From the NCBI RefSeq assembly GCF_006345805.1, contig NC_042997.1, positions 142,972,001-143,036,000 of the forward strand: a DNA stretch of 64,000 nucleotides. Reading direction: 5' to 3'. The stretch is from Octopus sinensis. Taxonomy: Eukaryota. Under the pieces are notes generated by a model. The model did not search any database, was not told the DNA's origin, and saw nothing but the letters and a program-made list of their open reading frames with translations. The translations under genes were made by a program, and so were the position numbers. Numbering within the stretch: the first letter of the stretch is position 1; the number at the start of each line of letters is the position of its first letter. This document shows, piece after piece, positions 1-12,255 of the stretch.

Positions 1-408
1 ATTATCAGTTGGTATTTCTGATATAATCAAAATGTTTTCCACATGGTTCCTGAAGTTTATAAATAGTTCTTTCTTTTTCTTCATTTTTTTTTTTTTATGA
101 AGGGGTCCACAATTTTACCGATTCTTCTACAGATTTTATCCACATTATATTTCCACAACTCTCAAATGTTGACAGGAATGGCCTTTTTAGAGTTATGATC
201 TACTATATTGTTTTTTACACGTCAACTATAACTTCTACTTAATATACAATTTCATACTGTCCTATACATTTTCCAGAGTACACACACACACACACATGCG
301 CATTTAATGCCTATTAGACTCACGGTTACTGATTTTCAGACTGCTTTCTGTAAATTCTTTATCCTGTGTAACTAAACCATGTTGCTACAGACGTCATTGT
401 CAAGAATT

Positions 409-504
<96 letters not shown>

Positions 505-1184
505 GTAAAATGCGTGTGTATGTGCGTATCTTTAAATATACACACACACATATATGTAGCGATATATTTCGAAATTATTTAATTATAATAATATACTCTG
601 GAACTATTTTACTGAAATGTCAACGGAATGGATCATTTTCTAACTAATATAGATATTATTTAATAATTATGAATTATAATAACAAAACACTCGATGTATT
701 TTGGAGCAGTTACTGTATTCAGAATTAAAGACTGGAAAACAAACAAACAATTGAATAAATAAAACAAAAGAATGAATTGGCAGAGAGATAAAGCAACAAA
801 CAAACAACCCTCCGTCCCCAGTTCCCCCCCTATCGTTAACAGATCGTTTACTTATTAAAACATGTTTGTGATATTATGTGTATAGTGGGAGATCTGTAAA
901 CATTCAGTCAATCATGTCTGGCTCCCATTTTAAAGCCACCCTTCCCATCAACGACCTAATTCTAAAAGTGCAAACTTGAAATCGACATCAAACGCAAGCT
1001 CTATTTTCAGTTTCGGATTTCTGCTCTCCCTTCTTTTTTCGCGTTCTTTTTCCTTTTTTTTCTTTCTTTGTTAATTATATTTATTTATTTATTTAATTCT
1101 AGACTGCTGTTGTTTAGTTGCAGGTCAACCAGCTTTGACAAAAAAAAAGGAATGATTCCAGCAATGACCATCACTCCGATTTCT

Positions 1185-1214
1185 TTCTTTCTTTCTTTCT
1201 TTCTTTCTATCTCC

Positions 1215-1258
<44 letters not shown>

Positions 1259-1319
1259 TTTCTTTCTTTCTTTCTTTCTATCCCCTTTTCTTTCTATCCC
1301 CCTTTCTTTCTTTCTTTTT

Positions 1320-1366
<47 letters not shown>

Positions 1367-1400
1367 ATATCCCTTTCTTTCTTTATTTCTTTCTTTCTTA
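1185..1400. repeat. (TTTC)n / (GAAA)n degenerate tetranucleotide microsatellite
   Basis: Directly visible; explains ORFs 1068..1448 and 1085..1429. Confidence 0.95.
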
Positions 1401-2656
1401 TACAGTGTAGTCGCTATACTATGTAACATTTCATTTTTTTTTTCCTAAAGACTGTAGGGTGTGGTGTAAAATTTTGCTGCTAACTCTAGCAGGTCAAACC
1501 GCTGCGGAAAGACACATTAGCTCGTGTGTGTATACAGGTTTGGTAAATACAAAGAGGAAAAACTAGGACTAAAAACATATATGCATACACGATACTTATG
1601 TACATGGTACTTAACAAACGACATCACGAAACTCTCGGTCTTTGAGACACTTTGTAATTTCTGCCAATTAAAGTAAAACATAAAATATATGTAATGTGTG
1701 TGTGTGTGAATTTTATTACTACTGTGGGATGTACTTGTTATTAAGTCCAGGGTCAGCACTAAAAAAAAGCAAATCTAGCCGTGATTATAGCATTTTTTTT
1801 TTCTTGTTTTCAGATACAATATATCCAAGACTACCTTCCTAATGTGCCCTTCACTTTGTAACATAGGAGGGTTTCATACGAGAGTGACTTGGCTGCTGTT
1901 TCTAGCAAGTTCAACAACCTTGACAGTCTCCAGCATCAGAGAAATCGCCATATTTAGTTTCCTAAGGCATATAAAATTCACTTACTAAAAACAACTTGTG
2001 ATCAGAAACTTCCAGATGTAATAAATGTTAAATGTTGTTTTTATGACTTTGTACTTTTTAAAATTTCACTCTGAATGCAAATAACTAAAATGAAATATGG
2101 ATAACCTAAATTTAAATTACACAAAGGCAAAAAAAAAAAAATGGGACTGGGTTGTTAGATAAATTCATTCGTTTTGTGGTTTTTTTTAAAAATCCTTCCC
2201 AATGATATTTGAATTAACTCGAAAAATATTTTTATTGTAGTGTTTAATGTTTTTCTTTTGTATACTGTTTCTTGAAATTTGAATAAAATTTATTTCTTTT
2301 TAGACATATGATGGTTTACCAACTAGGAAAAAAACGAACGAATTTATCTGACAACTTAATATTTAAGAACATACATACATACATACATATGTATATATAT
2401 ATGTATATATATATGTATATGAAGGTAGTTATTAATGAGGATCAAAATCACGAATGGCTTACAAAGTGATAATCTTTGCCTTATGATAATTCTTAAACCT
2501 GAGTGCAGTTATGTAGCAAGAATGTGTGCCACTAGAGACAGCTACTGGGTTTACGGCCCCTTCCCCCCGACCCCATATTCTATACAAGCTTATGCAACAA
2601 ACCCAACAATGTTACCCCTCATAAAAGCATCACTAGGGGTGGACCACCGGTAACCA

Positions 2657-2820
2657 GTAATAAAGTCACAATCTTGGCGAGGTAAAAATGTCACAATTAA
2701 TTTATAGTGGCCAATAATAAAGTCACAGGAAAAAAGTCACAATTAATTTATGGGGTCCAGACAACCCTCCCCCCAGAACAAAATCCCTGTGACTTTATTA
2801 CAGTGACATTTTTACTTGGA
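2657..2820. mobile_element. Small fold-back/MITE-like element with repeated AAAGTCAC motifs
   Basis: GTAAAAATGTCAC (2682-2694) is inverted at 2803-2815; AATAAAGTCACAGG (2716-2729) is inverted at 2786-2799. Superfamily not assignable. Confidence 0.55.
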
Positions 2821-3039
2821 TTCTGTTTTATCAGTAAGTAGAAATATGATTGATGATGTACAATATAATTCCATTATATATATACAGACACACCTCATCC
2901 TACATCGTTAATTGGTTCCAGGAGACACAACTTAAGTCGAAAAATGACTTAAGTTGAATTAACTTGTCTCTAGGCTAGGCTAAGCCGAATTTACTTGTCT
3001 CTAGACTAAACCGACAATTACCTCCCAACATAATGGTCA

Positions 3040-3763
3040 TGCGTTCTTTTGAGACCTTGTAGTCTGGAATAGCTTTCTCCTCCTTGGAGATGAATAAATG
3101 GTCTGGCAATTTTTTCCAATTCAATCCAGTTTCGTTTGCATTAAAAATCTGTTCAGGAAGAAGCCTGTTTTCTTCGATGATTTTCTTTAATGCATTAGGA
3201 AATTTGGCTGCTGCTTGTTCGTCAGCCGAAGCACTTTCACCTTGCTTCTTAATGGAGTGATAACTTCTTCGCGCCTTTAATCTCATGGACTATCCTTGAC
3301 TTGCCTTGAGCTCTACATCTTTTTCATCTGGGTATTTTTTCATCAGGTTCTCAAACAAAGACAATGCTTTCACTTGAAGGATTTCTTGATTAATAGTAGC
3401 ACTCTGATGATTCAACTTAATCCAAAGAGGAAGAAAACTTTCCATTTTTTCAAAGATTTTGCCTCTTTTCTTATTGATAACAGTGTTCTTCATCCCTGGG
3501 GCTTCAGATTTGATATGATTGATTGATTGATTGATTCTAGTTTCAGCTCATGAGCTGTGGCCATGCTGGGGCACCACCATTTGTGTTAAAATCTTGTCCT
3601 TATTATGTACAATCATCGATACAGTTGTCCAACTCATCCCAAAAGATTATGCAATTGCTACCAGTTTTTCACCTTTTCCATAGCATTTTATCATAGCCAG
3701 TTTATCTTCCAGCATTATAGCATGATGCTTAGCACTTTCACTATGAATTTTTTTAGGAGCCAT
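3040..3763 (-). pseudogene. Tigger1-like (CENP-B/pogo) transposase remnant
   Basis: MAPKK...HAIMLEDKLAMIK (psq-type HTH), MESFLPLWI...IQVKALSLF...KASQG (CENP-B HTH) and GESASAD...EQIFNANETGLNWKKLP...ISKEEKAIPDYKVSKERMTIMLGGN (start of DDE), broken by stops, frameshifts and an insertion. Confidence 0.9.
3515..3580 (-). mobile_element. Very short LINE 3'-end insertion with (ATCA)n tail inside the Tigger copy
   Basis: Minus strand GGTGCCCCAGCATGGCCACAGCTCATGAGCTGAAACTAG followed by (AATC)n; same end as the LINE at 51203-52935. Confidence 0.7.
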
Positions 3764-4254
3764 GGGGGCAAAAAATAAAATCACAAATGAATGATAATGA
3801 GAAAGTAACTGATAAACAGAGGTAAACAAATCTGAATTCAAAACAATCACAGGAATCCCAAGTGACAACGACACCTAACAGTAGATATTAGAACTACAGT
3901 GCCATGTGAACTCCGAAAGAGTGATAAACAAGACAACACAACTGATTTCATGATTTCATTCACTAAATTGCTCTACTTTACGTGACTTTATTACTGGTAC
4001 ATTTACTGTACATACTTTAACATGATTTTATATGCTTTTATTCTTATTTATTGTACAGTAACATGATCTTATGAGAAGAGAGAACTGAGGGGTCCTCTCT
4101 GAGCTATATGCTGTCTCTATTCATCTGCCAATCATTTTACAGAGTGAAATGGGTGCGTTTTATCATGACACCAGCACTAGTGAGGTATCTTTGTACCTTG
4201 TAGTACAAAAAAGGATCTATATATTGTCTCTGTTTGGGGCAGCATGGCCAATAG

Positions 4255-4643
4255 ATTAAGGAGGACAGAGGATTGTCAGCAGAAGACAAACAAAGGTGGG
4301 TGGGGCAGAAAAGGATATGATAGTTGGCAGTAGGGTGATCAGATGACTATGTGGATGGAATGAGATATAGCAGAGACAGTGCAAGTGACAGTAATGGCAA
4401 GGTGTGATGAGAGATAGTAATAGCATAGTATAGTGTGTGTGTGTGAGAGAGAGAGAGAGAGAAACTGACAGACAGACAGACAGACATATAGAGCAAGTAA
4501 GAGATAGCTTTAGAAATGGTCGGTGGTGGCATGTGTGATCGAGGTCAATTATGAGTGAGTGACATGGTAGAGAGGAAGTTATTAGATGGATGTCAATAAA
4601 GAAGTGACTCAATGGAGAAGTAGAGTTAAGTAACATGTTTGTT

Positions 4644-4687
<44 letters not shown>

Positions 4688-4844
4688 AAGAGAGTGAAAG
4701 AGGAAGTGAAAATGGGGTGTACTGGATTCCATCAAATCTGATGCAACTTGCATTCCTCAGGCAACATGATGGGAGAGAGGCACCAAGGCAATTACATGTT
4801 TGCTGGTAAGAGAGAGTGAATGAAGTGAATGAGATAAAGAGAGA

Positions 4845-4876
<32 letters not shown>

Positions 4877-5230
4877 TCAATAAAGAGATGCCAGGGGGAA
4901 AGGGTTGGAGGTGAGCAGCATAGAAAGATAATGTTAACTAGTGAGAGAACAACCTAAGGGTGGCAGGGAGTTGAGAAGCAGTACATATAGGTAAAGGTAG
5001 GGTGTGATTCAATGCTAAAAGGGCTACTGTAATCTTTCGTTACTCAAATAACATGATTTGGGACGAATTTGAGAAGTAGCAAGATATGAGTGGTGATAGC
5101 AGGAGGAGATTGCGCATGGACTGATCTAAAGTTTTCTTTCATTTCACGGTTGGTATGGTACAGTGAACAGAAGGAATGACAAAGATGAGAAGCTAGTGAA
5201 TATGTAAGATGGTGACTTGGTAGTGGAAAC
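4255..5230. repeat. About 1 kb purine-skewed low-complexity block with (GA)n and (GT)n cores
   Basis: Plus strand is strongly G/A rich with several (GA)n tracts. Confidence 0.7.
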
Positions 5231-5236
5231 ATTAAA

Positions 5237-5268
<32 letters not shown>

Positions 5269-5465
5269 AATAAACGAGGAAATTGGTGAAAAGTCTAGTT
5301 GTAGACATAATATATTCTGGCCTCCATCACAGTTCCTTCCTTCATTTTAACATATTTTGCCAAGCTTTCATGGGTGGTCAGGTCTTATCCAGCAGTTCCA
5401 CATTGCCAATCAGCATGGGCCTTTGTCACCACACACACATGCACGCATGCACGTGCACACACACA

Positions 5466-5508
<43 letters not shown>

Positions 5509-6380
5509 TATTTATCTAACACTTCCCACAATAACTACTTTGTCTCACAAAATACTGTTGTACACTTCTTTTGCTCTCTAATTTCCAATCTGATTAATGT
5601 CGGCACAGACACCCACTAATCTACCAGTTCTAGTGACTATCCATATTTATTGTCTTGCGATATTGATTGCTTCAAAGTATTGATTATTTACAATATTGAT
5701 TTCTTAGATAAGCACACAGTTTCAGACTTGCAGAGGAAGGGAAATGAGATTCTACAAGGTGTTTAGCACTTTGGCTAAGTGTCTTCTACTGTAGCTTGTG
5801 GGTGGAATTTGACAGACAGAAGTGTGCACAAACTTATGCACACGTATGCACTTGCATGCATGCATGCACATGTGTGTGCATGTGTGCATGTGTGTGTCTT
5901 TCAGTGTGGGGTATAAACATCAGTGAGAAAATGAAAGATATGAATGAAGACCCTTGCAATATTTGTTCTGCACTGATTTACTGACTCCCTCGCCATACTT
6001 ACCATCAGAAATGCAGTAAACCAGTGATTGTTCTATTAGAAATTCATGATGGTATTATTTACCAATTGCAATATAAAGTAGATAAATAAAATGAAGCGAG
6101 ACTGCAACAACCAGGAATGAAAAACAGGTTATTAGGTGCTTGCCCATCTCTACAGAGCTCAAAGGTCACTTAAGAGATGGTAAATAGAGAAAAAAAATGG
6201 TAAAAAAGCTCACCTTGTACAATGATTGACCCACAGAGTAAAGAACTTTAGCATCAGTTTTAACAATTTCTTATTCAAAACAACGAGCTCGAACTCAGAG
6301 AAATAGCAGCCAAACCTACCTCCAAACCACATCATACCAACTTAAAGAAAAAACACTTTGTTATAATGTAATCCTAAATA

Positions 6381-6765
6381 CAGGCTGTGTGGTAAGAAGT
6401 TTGCTTCTGAACCATATGGTTCCAGGTTCAGTAGGCAAAATGTCTTCTATGGCCCAGGGCCAACCAAAGCCTTGTGAGTATATTTGATAGACAGAAACTG
6501 AATGAAGCCTGTCACATATACATATATGTGTGTTTGTGTTTGTGTGTTTGTGTGCTTTTGTTTGTCACCCCCACCACTACCACTTGACAACCAGTGTCAG
6601 TTTACACCCCCATAACTTAACAGTTTAGTATAAGAGATTGATAAAATAAGTACCAGGCTTTAAAAAATAATACTAGAGGAGGAGGGCAATTCAGTTGACT
6701 AAAACCCTTCAAGATTGTGCTCCAGCATGGACCACAGTCCAATGTCTGAAACAAGTAAAAGATGA
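6381..6765 (+). mobile_element. SINE family A (dominant tRNA-derived SINE), diverged copy
   Basis: Head GGCTGTGTGGTAAG...GGTTCAG, central TG microsatellite, tail CAGCATGG...CTGAAACAAGTAAAAGA; homologous to many other copies in the window. Confidence 0.85.
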
Positions 6766-7078
6766 TGTAATCCTAGACTGTAACCAAAAATAGAATGCAA
6801 AAAAGAAAAAAAGGGAATGTTCAGGGTGGAATACTTTTGTTTATAAGTCTGCTGGACCAGAGCTGACCTGAGGCCAAACAGAAATAATGACAACCAGCTA
6901 CCTGCCAACAATGGTTTAACTATTTAATATTCAAACCAGCCATATCAAACTCAAATATTCTACCTGTTTTATGTTCAAACTGACCAGATCAGGCCTCTCA
7001 CACTAATCCTACAATGTCATTCTAAAAATAAGCAATCACAACATTGAAATCTCAGAGCTATAAGATAATGCATGATTA

Positions 7079-7565
7079 CTGTATTTTGACGTGTATAAGG
7101 AACCCTTTTTTGTCAAAAATTGGGTTAAAAAATATGATAGTATTATAATAAAAATTTTTTTAATTTTGCCCTTTTCAAGCCTGGCCAGACTCACAGGCCC
7201 GGTTTCTCGGTTTCTGTGGCATATGTGTTCTCCCCAGCTGGACGGGACACCAGTCCATTGCAGCATTACTCAAGAAACTGGAAGAAAGAGTGAGAGAAAG
7301 TTGTGGCGAAAGAGTATAACAGGGGTCGCCACCACCCCCTGCCAGAGCCTCGTGGAGCTTTTAGGTGTTTTCGCTCAAGAAGCACACACAACGCCCAGTC
7401 TGGGAACCAAAACCTCGATCCTCCGACCACGAGTCCGCTGCCCTAACCACTGAGCCATTGTGCCTCCAGTATTATAATAGACAGTATTATAATCCCTTGC
7501 AAAATATTTTTTCCAAATTTTAAGCCCTAAAAATTAGGGGGTTCCTTATACACATTAAAATACGG
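7079..7565. mobile_element. pogo/Tc1-type MITE with about 27-bp TIRs
   Basis: CTGTATTTTGACGTGTATAAGGAACC at the left end and GGTTCCTTATACACATTAAAATACGG at the right end; TA on the left flank. Confidence 0.8.
7151..7467 (-). mobile_element. SINE family C (tRNA head), with 12-bp TSD
   Basis: TSD AGTATTATAATA at 7139-7150 and 7468-7479; related to the copy at 18747-19047. Confidence 0.85.
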
Positions 7566-7769
7566 TTATTCAAAACATGAATAAACAAGCATTACATTTA
7601 ACAGAGAAATCTGAATGCTAAAGATTTAAAGGATTTGAAATTTTGATTTTAGCCTTTACTCATCTTGCATGAGTTGAATTTTGCAATGCCTCAGTCTCTT
7701 CCTTCTTATAAGACACAAAATATCTTGTGGTTAACAAACACTGCTGGACTATTTATACAGTGGCATTCT

Positions 7770-8162
7770 TTTACTCTTTTACTTGCTTCAGTCATTTGAC
7801 TGCAGCCATGCTGGAGCACTGCCTTAAACGGTCTTAGTCAAAGACATTGACACCAGGACTTTGTAAGCCTAGTACTTATTCTATTGTTTCTTTTGCTTAA
7901 CCACTAAGTTACGGGGACATAAACTCACCAGCATTGGTTGCGAAGAGATGGCGGGAGGAAGGGAGACAAACACAGACCCACGCACATAAACACACACACA
8001 CACACACACACACACTTTCTGGCTACTAAATCCACTCACAAGACTTTGGCTGGCCCAAGGCTATAGTAGAAGACACTTGCCCAAAGTGCTACGCAGTGGG
8101 TGTGAACCTGGAACTATGTAGCTGGGAAGCAAGCTTCTTACCACTCAGCCATGCCAGCACCT
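7770..8162 (-). mobile_element. SINE family A copy
   Basis: Full head-to-tail homology with the other family A copies. Confidence 0.85.
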
Positions 8163-8275
8163 AAATGGTACTGAACTATTTTTTATTTATGAACCTCTTT
8201 GATTCCTATTTTGCTGTACTGGACTCCCTAGCCATTTGATGTTTTAAAAAAATCTCACCATATTTTTATAATTAA

Positions 8276-8496
8276 CCGTTTAGCATTTAAACCAGCTGTA
8301 TCCGGCCAATATATTCTGCCTGTTTCATGTTTAAACTGGCCAGATCCAACCTCTCATGTCTACCCTTACTATGTCAGTTGAAAAATAAACAAGTACCACA
8401 TCAAAATCTCAAACCTTTGAGATAATGCATAATTAATTCAAAACAATGTGAATAAATAAACAATTCTTTTGATAAAATAATGTGAATGCCAAAGGA
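8276..8496. mobile_element. piggyBac-type MITE family 1
   Basis: TTAA|CCGTTTAGCATT...AATGCCAAAGGA|TTAA. Confidence 0.75.
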
Positions 8497-8676
8497 TTAA
8501 AAATGTTTAGGAATTGTATTAAAAAATTATCAAAATATCTTGTGTATTGTATAAGTATAACAATTTATATGCAAAATTTTATATGGACCCCTAAGGGTCA
8601 TGTGGACCCAGGTTGAGAACTGAACTACAGGTTTATAAGAGCAACTTGTCAAGATAGAGTTGGTGGTGTCAGCTCA

Positions 8677-8835
8677 CCATGTGGGTGGAGATAAAGAATA
8701 GGTGCACCACCCATTTTCAGTGTAACAAAAGCCTTAACCCTAACCCTAATCCTAACCCTAACCCTAACCCTAACCTTAACCCTAACCCTAACCCTAAACA
8801 CTGGGTGTGCGTATTCTTTGCCTTTGCCCACCATT
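8677..8835. mobile_element. Imperfect-TIR element containing 11 telomere-type CCCTAA units (8732-8797)
   Basis: AAAGAATAGGTGCACCACCCA on the left against TGGGTGTGCGTATTCTTT on the right; of the 11 hexamers, 8 are perfect CCCTAA. Confidence 0.6.
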
Positions 8836-8861
8836 TGAATGGTTGATGATTTTTATATTCT

Positions 8862-9258
8862 CTTTTACTCTTTTACTTGTTTCAGTCATTTGACTGTGGC
8901 CATACTGGAGCACTGCCTTTAGTTGAGAAAATCGACCCCGGGACTTATTCTTTGTTAGCCTATTACTTTTTCTATCAGTCTTTTTTGTCAAACTGCTAAC
9001 TTACGGGGACGTAAACACACCAGCATCGGTTGTCAAGCAATGTTGGGGGTACAAACATATACACACACGTACATATATATATATACTTATATACAACGGG
9101 CTTCTTTCCGTTTCTGTCTACCAAATCCACTTACAAGGCTTTGGTCGGCCCGAGGCTATAGCTTACGACACTTGCCCAAGGTGTCATGCAGTGGGACTGA
9201 ACCCGGAACTATGTGGTTGGTAAGCAAACTACTTACCACACAGTCACTCCTATGCCTA
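8862..9258 (-). mobile_element. SINE family A, young full-length copy
   Basis: Complete head, core and (CTTTTA)n tail with CpGs retained. Confidence 0.9.
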
Positions 9259-9599
9259 TTCCATCAGTTTCTTTAAATACCAATAACAAAATGAATCAAC
9301 CTACTTTTGATAATCAATCATTGAGATATGTTAATATCAACACCATCATTGTCATTACCACTTTTGCCACCACCATCATCATTTTGATACTGTCCGCTTC
9401 TCCATGCTAGCATGGATCAGACAGCACTCACTGAGGCAGATTCTCTATGGCTTGGTACCCTTCCTGTTGCCAACCCTTGCCTCACTTGAAGTATGGTAAT
9501 TTTTTTCTCATGGCCAGACATGATTTTACAGAATATTGAAAACAAATGAGCACTTGTATAACAGTAACATTTGTTTTTATGATATCAAAACAAGGAGAC

Positions 9600-10210
9600 A
9601 CAAACACACATACACACCAGTCACACACCACTCATGCACACATACACTGTTCATGCACACACATCACTCACACACACACACCACCTATGCACACACACAC
9701 CACCCACACACACCCCACACACCCACACACCACCCTCACACACACCACACACACACACCACACACCCACACTCCACACACACCACTCACGCACATATACA
9801 CCACCCACACAGACACACACACACCACTCACGCACATATACACCACTCTCACGCACACACACACACCACTCACACACACATACACTCACACAACTCATGC
9901 ACACATACACGCCACTCACACACACCACTCATGCACACACACACCACTCACACACACACACACCACTCACCCACACACACACACCACTCACACACATGCA
10001 CACATGTGCGCACACACACCACTCACACACATGCACACATGTGCGCACACACACCACTCACACACATGCACACATGTGCGCACACACACCACTCACACAC
10101 ATGCACACACACACACACTACTTACACACATGCACATCACTCACGCACATACATACCACTCATACATACACACACCACTCACACAACCACACCACTCACA
10201 TACACACACA
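9600..10210. repeat. Complex CA-rich minisatellite with a higher-order unit of about 30 bp
   Basis: CACACACCACTCACACACATGCACACATGTGCG-type unit in tandem near 9990-10090; produces the His/Thr ORFs. Confidence 0.9.
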
Positions 10211-10425
10211 TGCATATATGGCAGACTTCTTTCATTTTCTGTTTCCCAAATTCACTCATAAGATCGCTGGGACTGAACCCAAAACCTAGTGGTCATTCTT
10301 TTAAGCTTTTAGTTGAACAGATAAGTTTCGTATTCTATCTTTTGCCAAACTGCTAAGTTACAGGGGCACAAACAAACCAACACCAGTTATCAAATGGTAA
10401 TGGGGCAACAAACACAGATACTTAC

Positions 10426-10460
<35 letters not shown>

Positions 10461-10509
10461 GTAAAAAACATAAATCCAAAAGAAGAAGCACACTCTAAGA
10501 TGTAGAGCA

Positions 10510-10793
10510 GTACATATTAAAAACAGAGAAGACTGGTTTGTGGGATTACCTTAGGTTTCCAGTCCATTAAGGATTTAGCTTTACAGTGTATTGTCAGATC
10601 CCTGGGAAATGTCTCACTACTCAAAGGTAAATTGTTACCTTTGAATAGTTAGCCATTTCCCTCTCCATATTTTGAAGAGGTCATGGGCCAACAGGTTTTT
10701 GGGATCTGACAATACGCTATAATGTTAAACCCTTTATGGACAGGAAGCCTAAGGTAGTCCCATAAACCTGCCTTCTCCATTTTTAATATATAC
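10510..10793. repeat. Fold-back element with 93-bp outer arms and a 27-bp inner hairpin
   Basis: 10510-10602 pairs with 10701-10793 (about 15 mismatches); 10604-10630 pairs with 10635-10661. It sits in the central microsatellite of a split SINE A. Confidence 0.85.
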
Positions 10794-11124
10794 ACACACA
10801 CAAAAGGCTTCCTTCAGTTTCCATTTACCAAATCCTCTCACAAGGCTTTGGTTGGCTCAAGACTATAGTAGAAGACACTTGCCCAAGGTGTCATGCTGTG
10901 GGACTGAACCCAAAATCATGTGGTTGTGAAGCAAGCTTCTTAACCACACAGCCATGTCTACAACTAGCATATCAAAATGAAAAATTACTGAGATAATTAA
11001 TCAATACAGTTGTAAGCAGATGATAGCTGTTTAACCCCAGGTCAGTTCTGATCCAGTGAATCTTGTGAGTGAATTTGGTAGATAGAAACTTTGAGGGAAT
11101 TTTGTAGATAGAAACTGCAAGGCA

Positions 11125-11535
11125 ATGAGCTGGCAGAAATGTAGCACGCTGGGCGAAATGCTTAGCGGTATATCATCTGCCCCTACATTCTGAGATCAAA
11201 TTCCGCCGAGGTCAACTTTGCCTTTCATCCTTTCGGGGTCGATTAAATAAGTACCAGTTACACACAGGGGTCGATATAATCGACTTAATCTGTTTGTCTA
11301 TCCTTGTTTGTTCTCTCTGTGTTTAGCCCCTTGTGGGTGGTAAAGAAATAGGTATTTCGTCTACTGTTACGTTCTGAGTTCAAATTCCCCCAAGGTTGAC
11401 TTTGCCTTTCATCCTTTCAGGGTTGATAAATTAAGTACCAGTTACCCACTGGGGTCGATATAATCGACTTAATCCCTTTGTCTGTCCTTGTTTGTCCACT
11501 CTGTGTTTAGTCCCTTGTGGGCAATAAAGAAATAA
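11125..11535 (+). mobile_element. SINE family B with tandem duplication of its 3' two-thirds
   Basis: GAGCTGGCAGAAA head and B-box-like GAGTTCAAATTC; the block GTTCTGAG...AAAGAAATA occurs twice. Confidence 0.85.
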
Positions 11536-12255
11536 GAAACTGTGAGGGAGATGTGGAAGCTTATCACATGTGTGTGTGTGTGTGTGTGTGTGTTAGTGCT
11601 CCTACCACTGCTTTATGTGGTTCTTTATCTTATGACTTCATAGCTTTGTGGTTTGACAAAATAGATTCATAGAATAGGTATCGGACATTAATAATATGTA
11701 TTGGAGTGGGATGGGGGTCACTTTGTTTGATTAAAACCCTTCAAGGTAGTGCCCCAGCATGGCTGCAATCCAATAACTGACACGAATAAAAGATAAAAAA
11801 AGAGGCAGAGAGTCAGATTAAAATATTTTACTTTGACTTTTATCTTTTCTAACTTCATATGTTATTACAGATGACTAGCGTTCTTCATCTCTTCAGATTT
11901 GGTGAAATGTCATTGTGTTATGAATTGGTAAACTGACATTTAGCATGAAGGACAATCTCTTAAGATGACCACTAGCCTCTATATCAGTGTGTTTTAAATA
12001 GTGTGTCATGAAATAGGGCCCAAAGACAGAATATTTTACTCCTGATTTTTCATATTTGTTAATTATTTGTTAATAGGTGCAGGAGTGGCTGTATGGTAAA
12101 AAGCTTGCTTCTCAACCACATGGCTTCAGGTTCAGTCCCAATGTATGGCACCTTGGGCAAGAGTCTTCTACTACAGCCTTGGGCCGACCAAAACCTTGTG
12201 AGTGAATTTGGTAGACGGAAACTGAAAGAAACTTGTCGCATATATATATATATGG

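Larger units (their letters stand above)
2885..4193 (-). mobile_element. Tigger/pogo-type DNA transposon, internally deleted
   Basis: TA-flanked imperfect TIRs CAGACACACCTC (2885-2896) and GAGGTATCTTTG (4182-4193), 9/12 match and similar to the Tigger1 end CAGGCATACCTC. Transposase remnants lie inside. Confidence 0.8.
6920..7625. mobile_element. TTAA-flanked piggyBac-type MITE family 1, carrying nested insertions
   Basis: TTAA at 6916-6919 and 7626-7629; body matches the uninterrupted copies at 8276-8496, about 23399-23608 and 59284-59483. Confidence 0.75.

Noticed and set aside
1068-1448. KERKKE and FLSF repeat ORFs
   Set aside because: (GAAA)n microsatellite.
8732-8797. True telomere or chromosome-fusion scar
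   Set aside because: Only 11 units, a single orientation, internal, and enclosed by inverted arms.
9536-10356. 240-247 aa His/Thr-rich ORFs
   Set aside because: Translations of a CA-rich minisatellite, open in several frames, with no splice or codon evidence.
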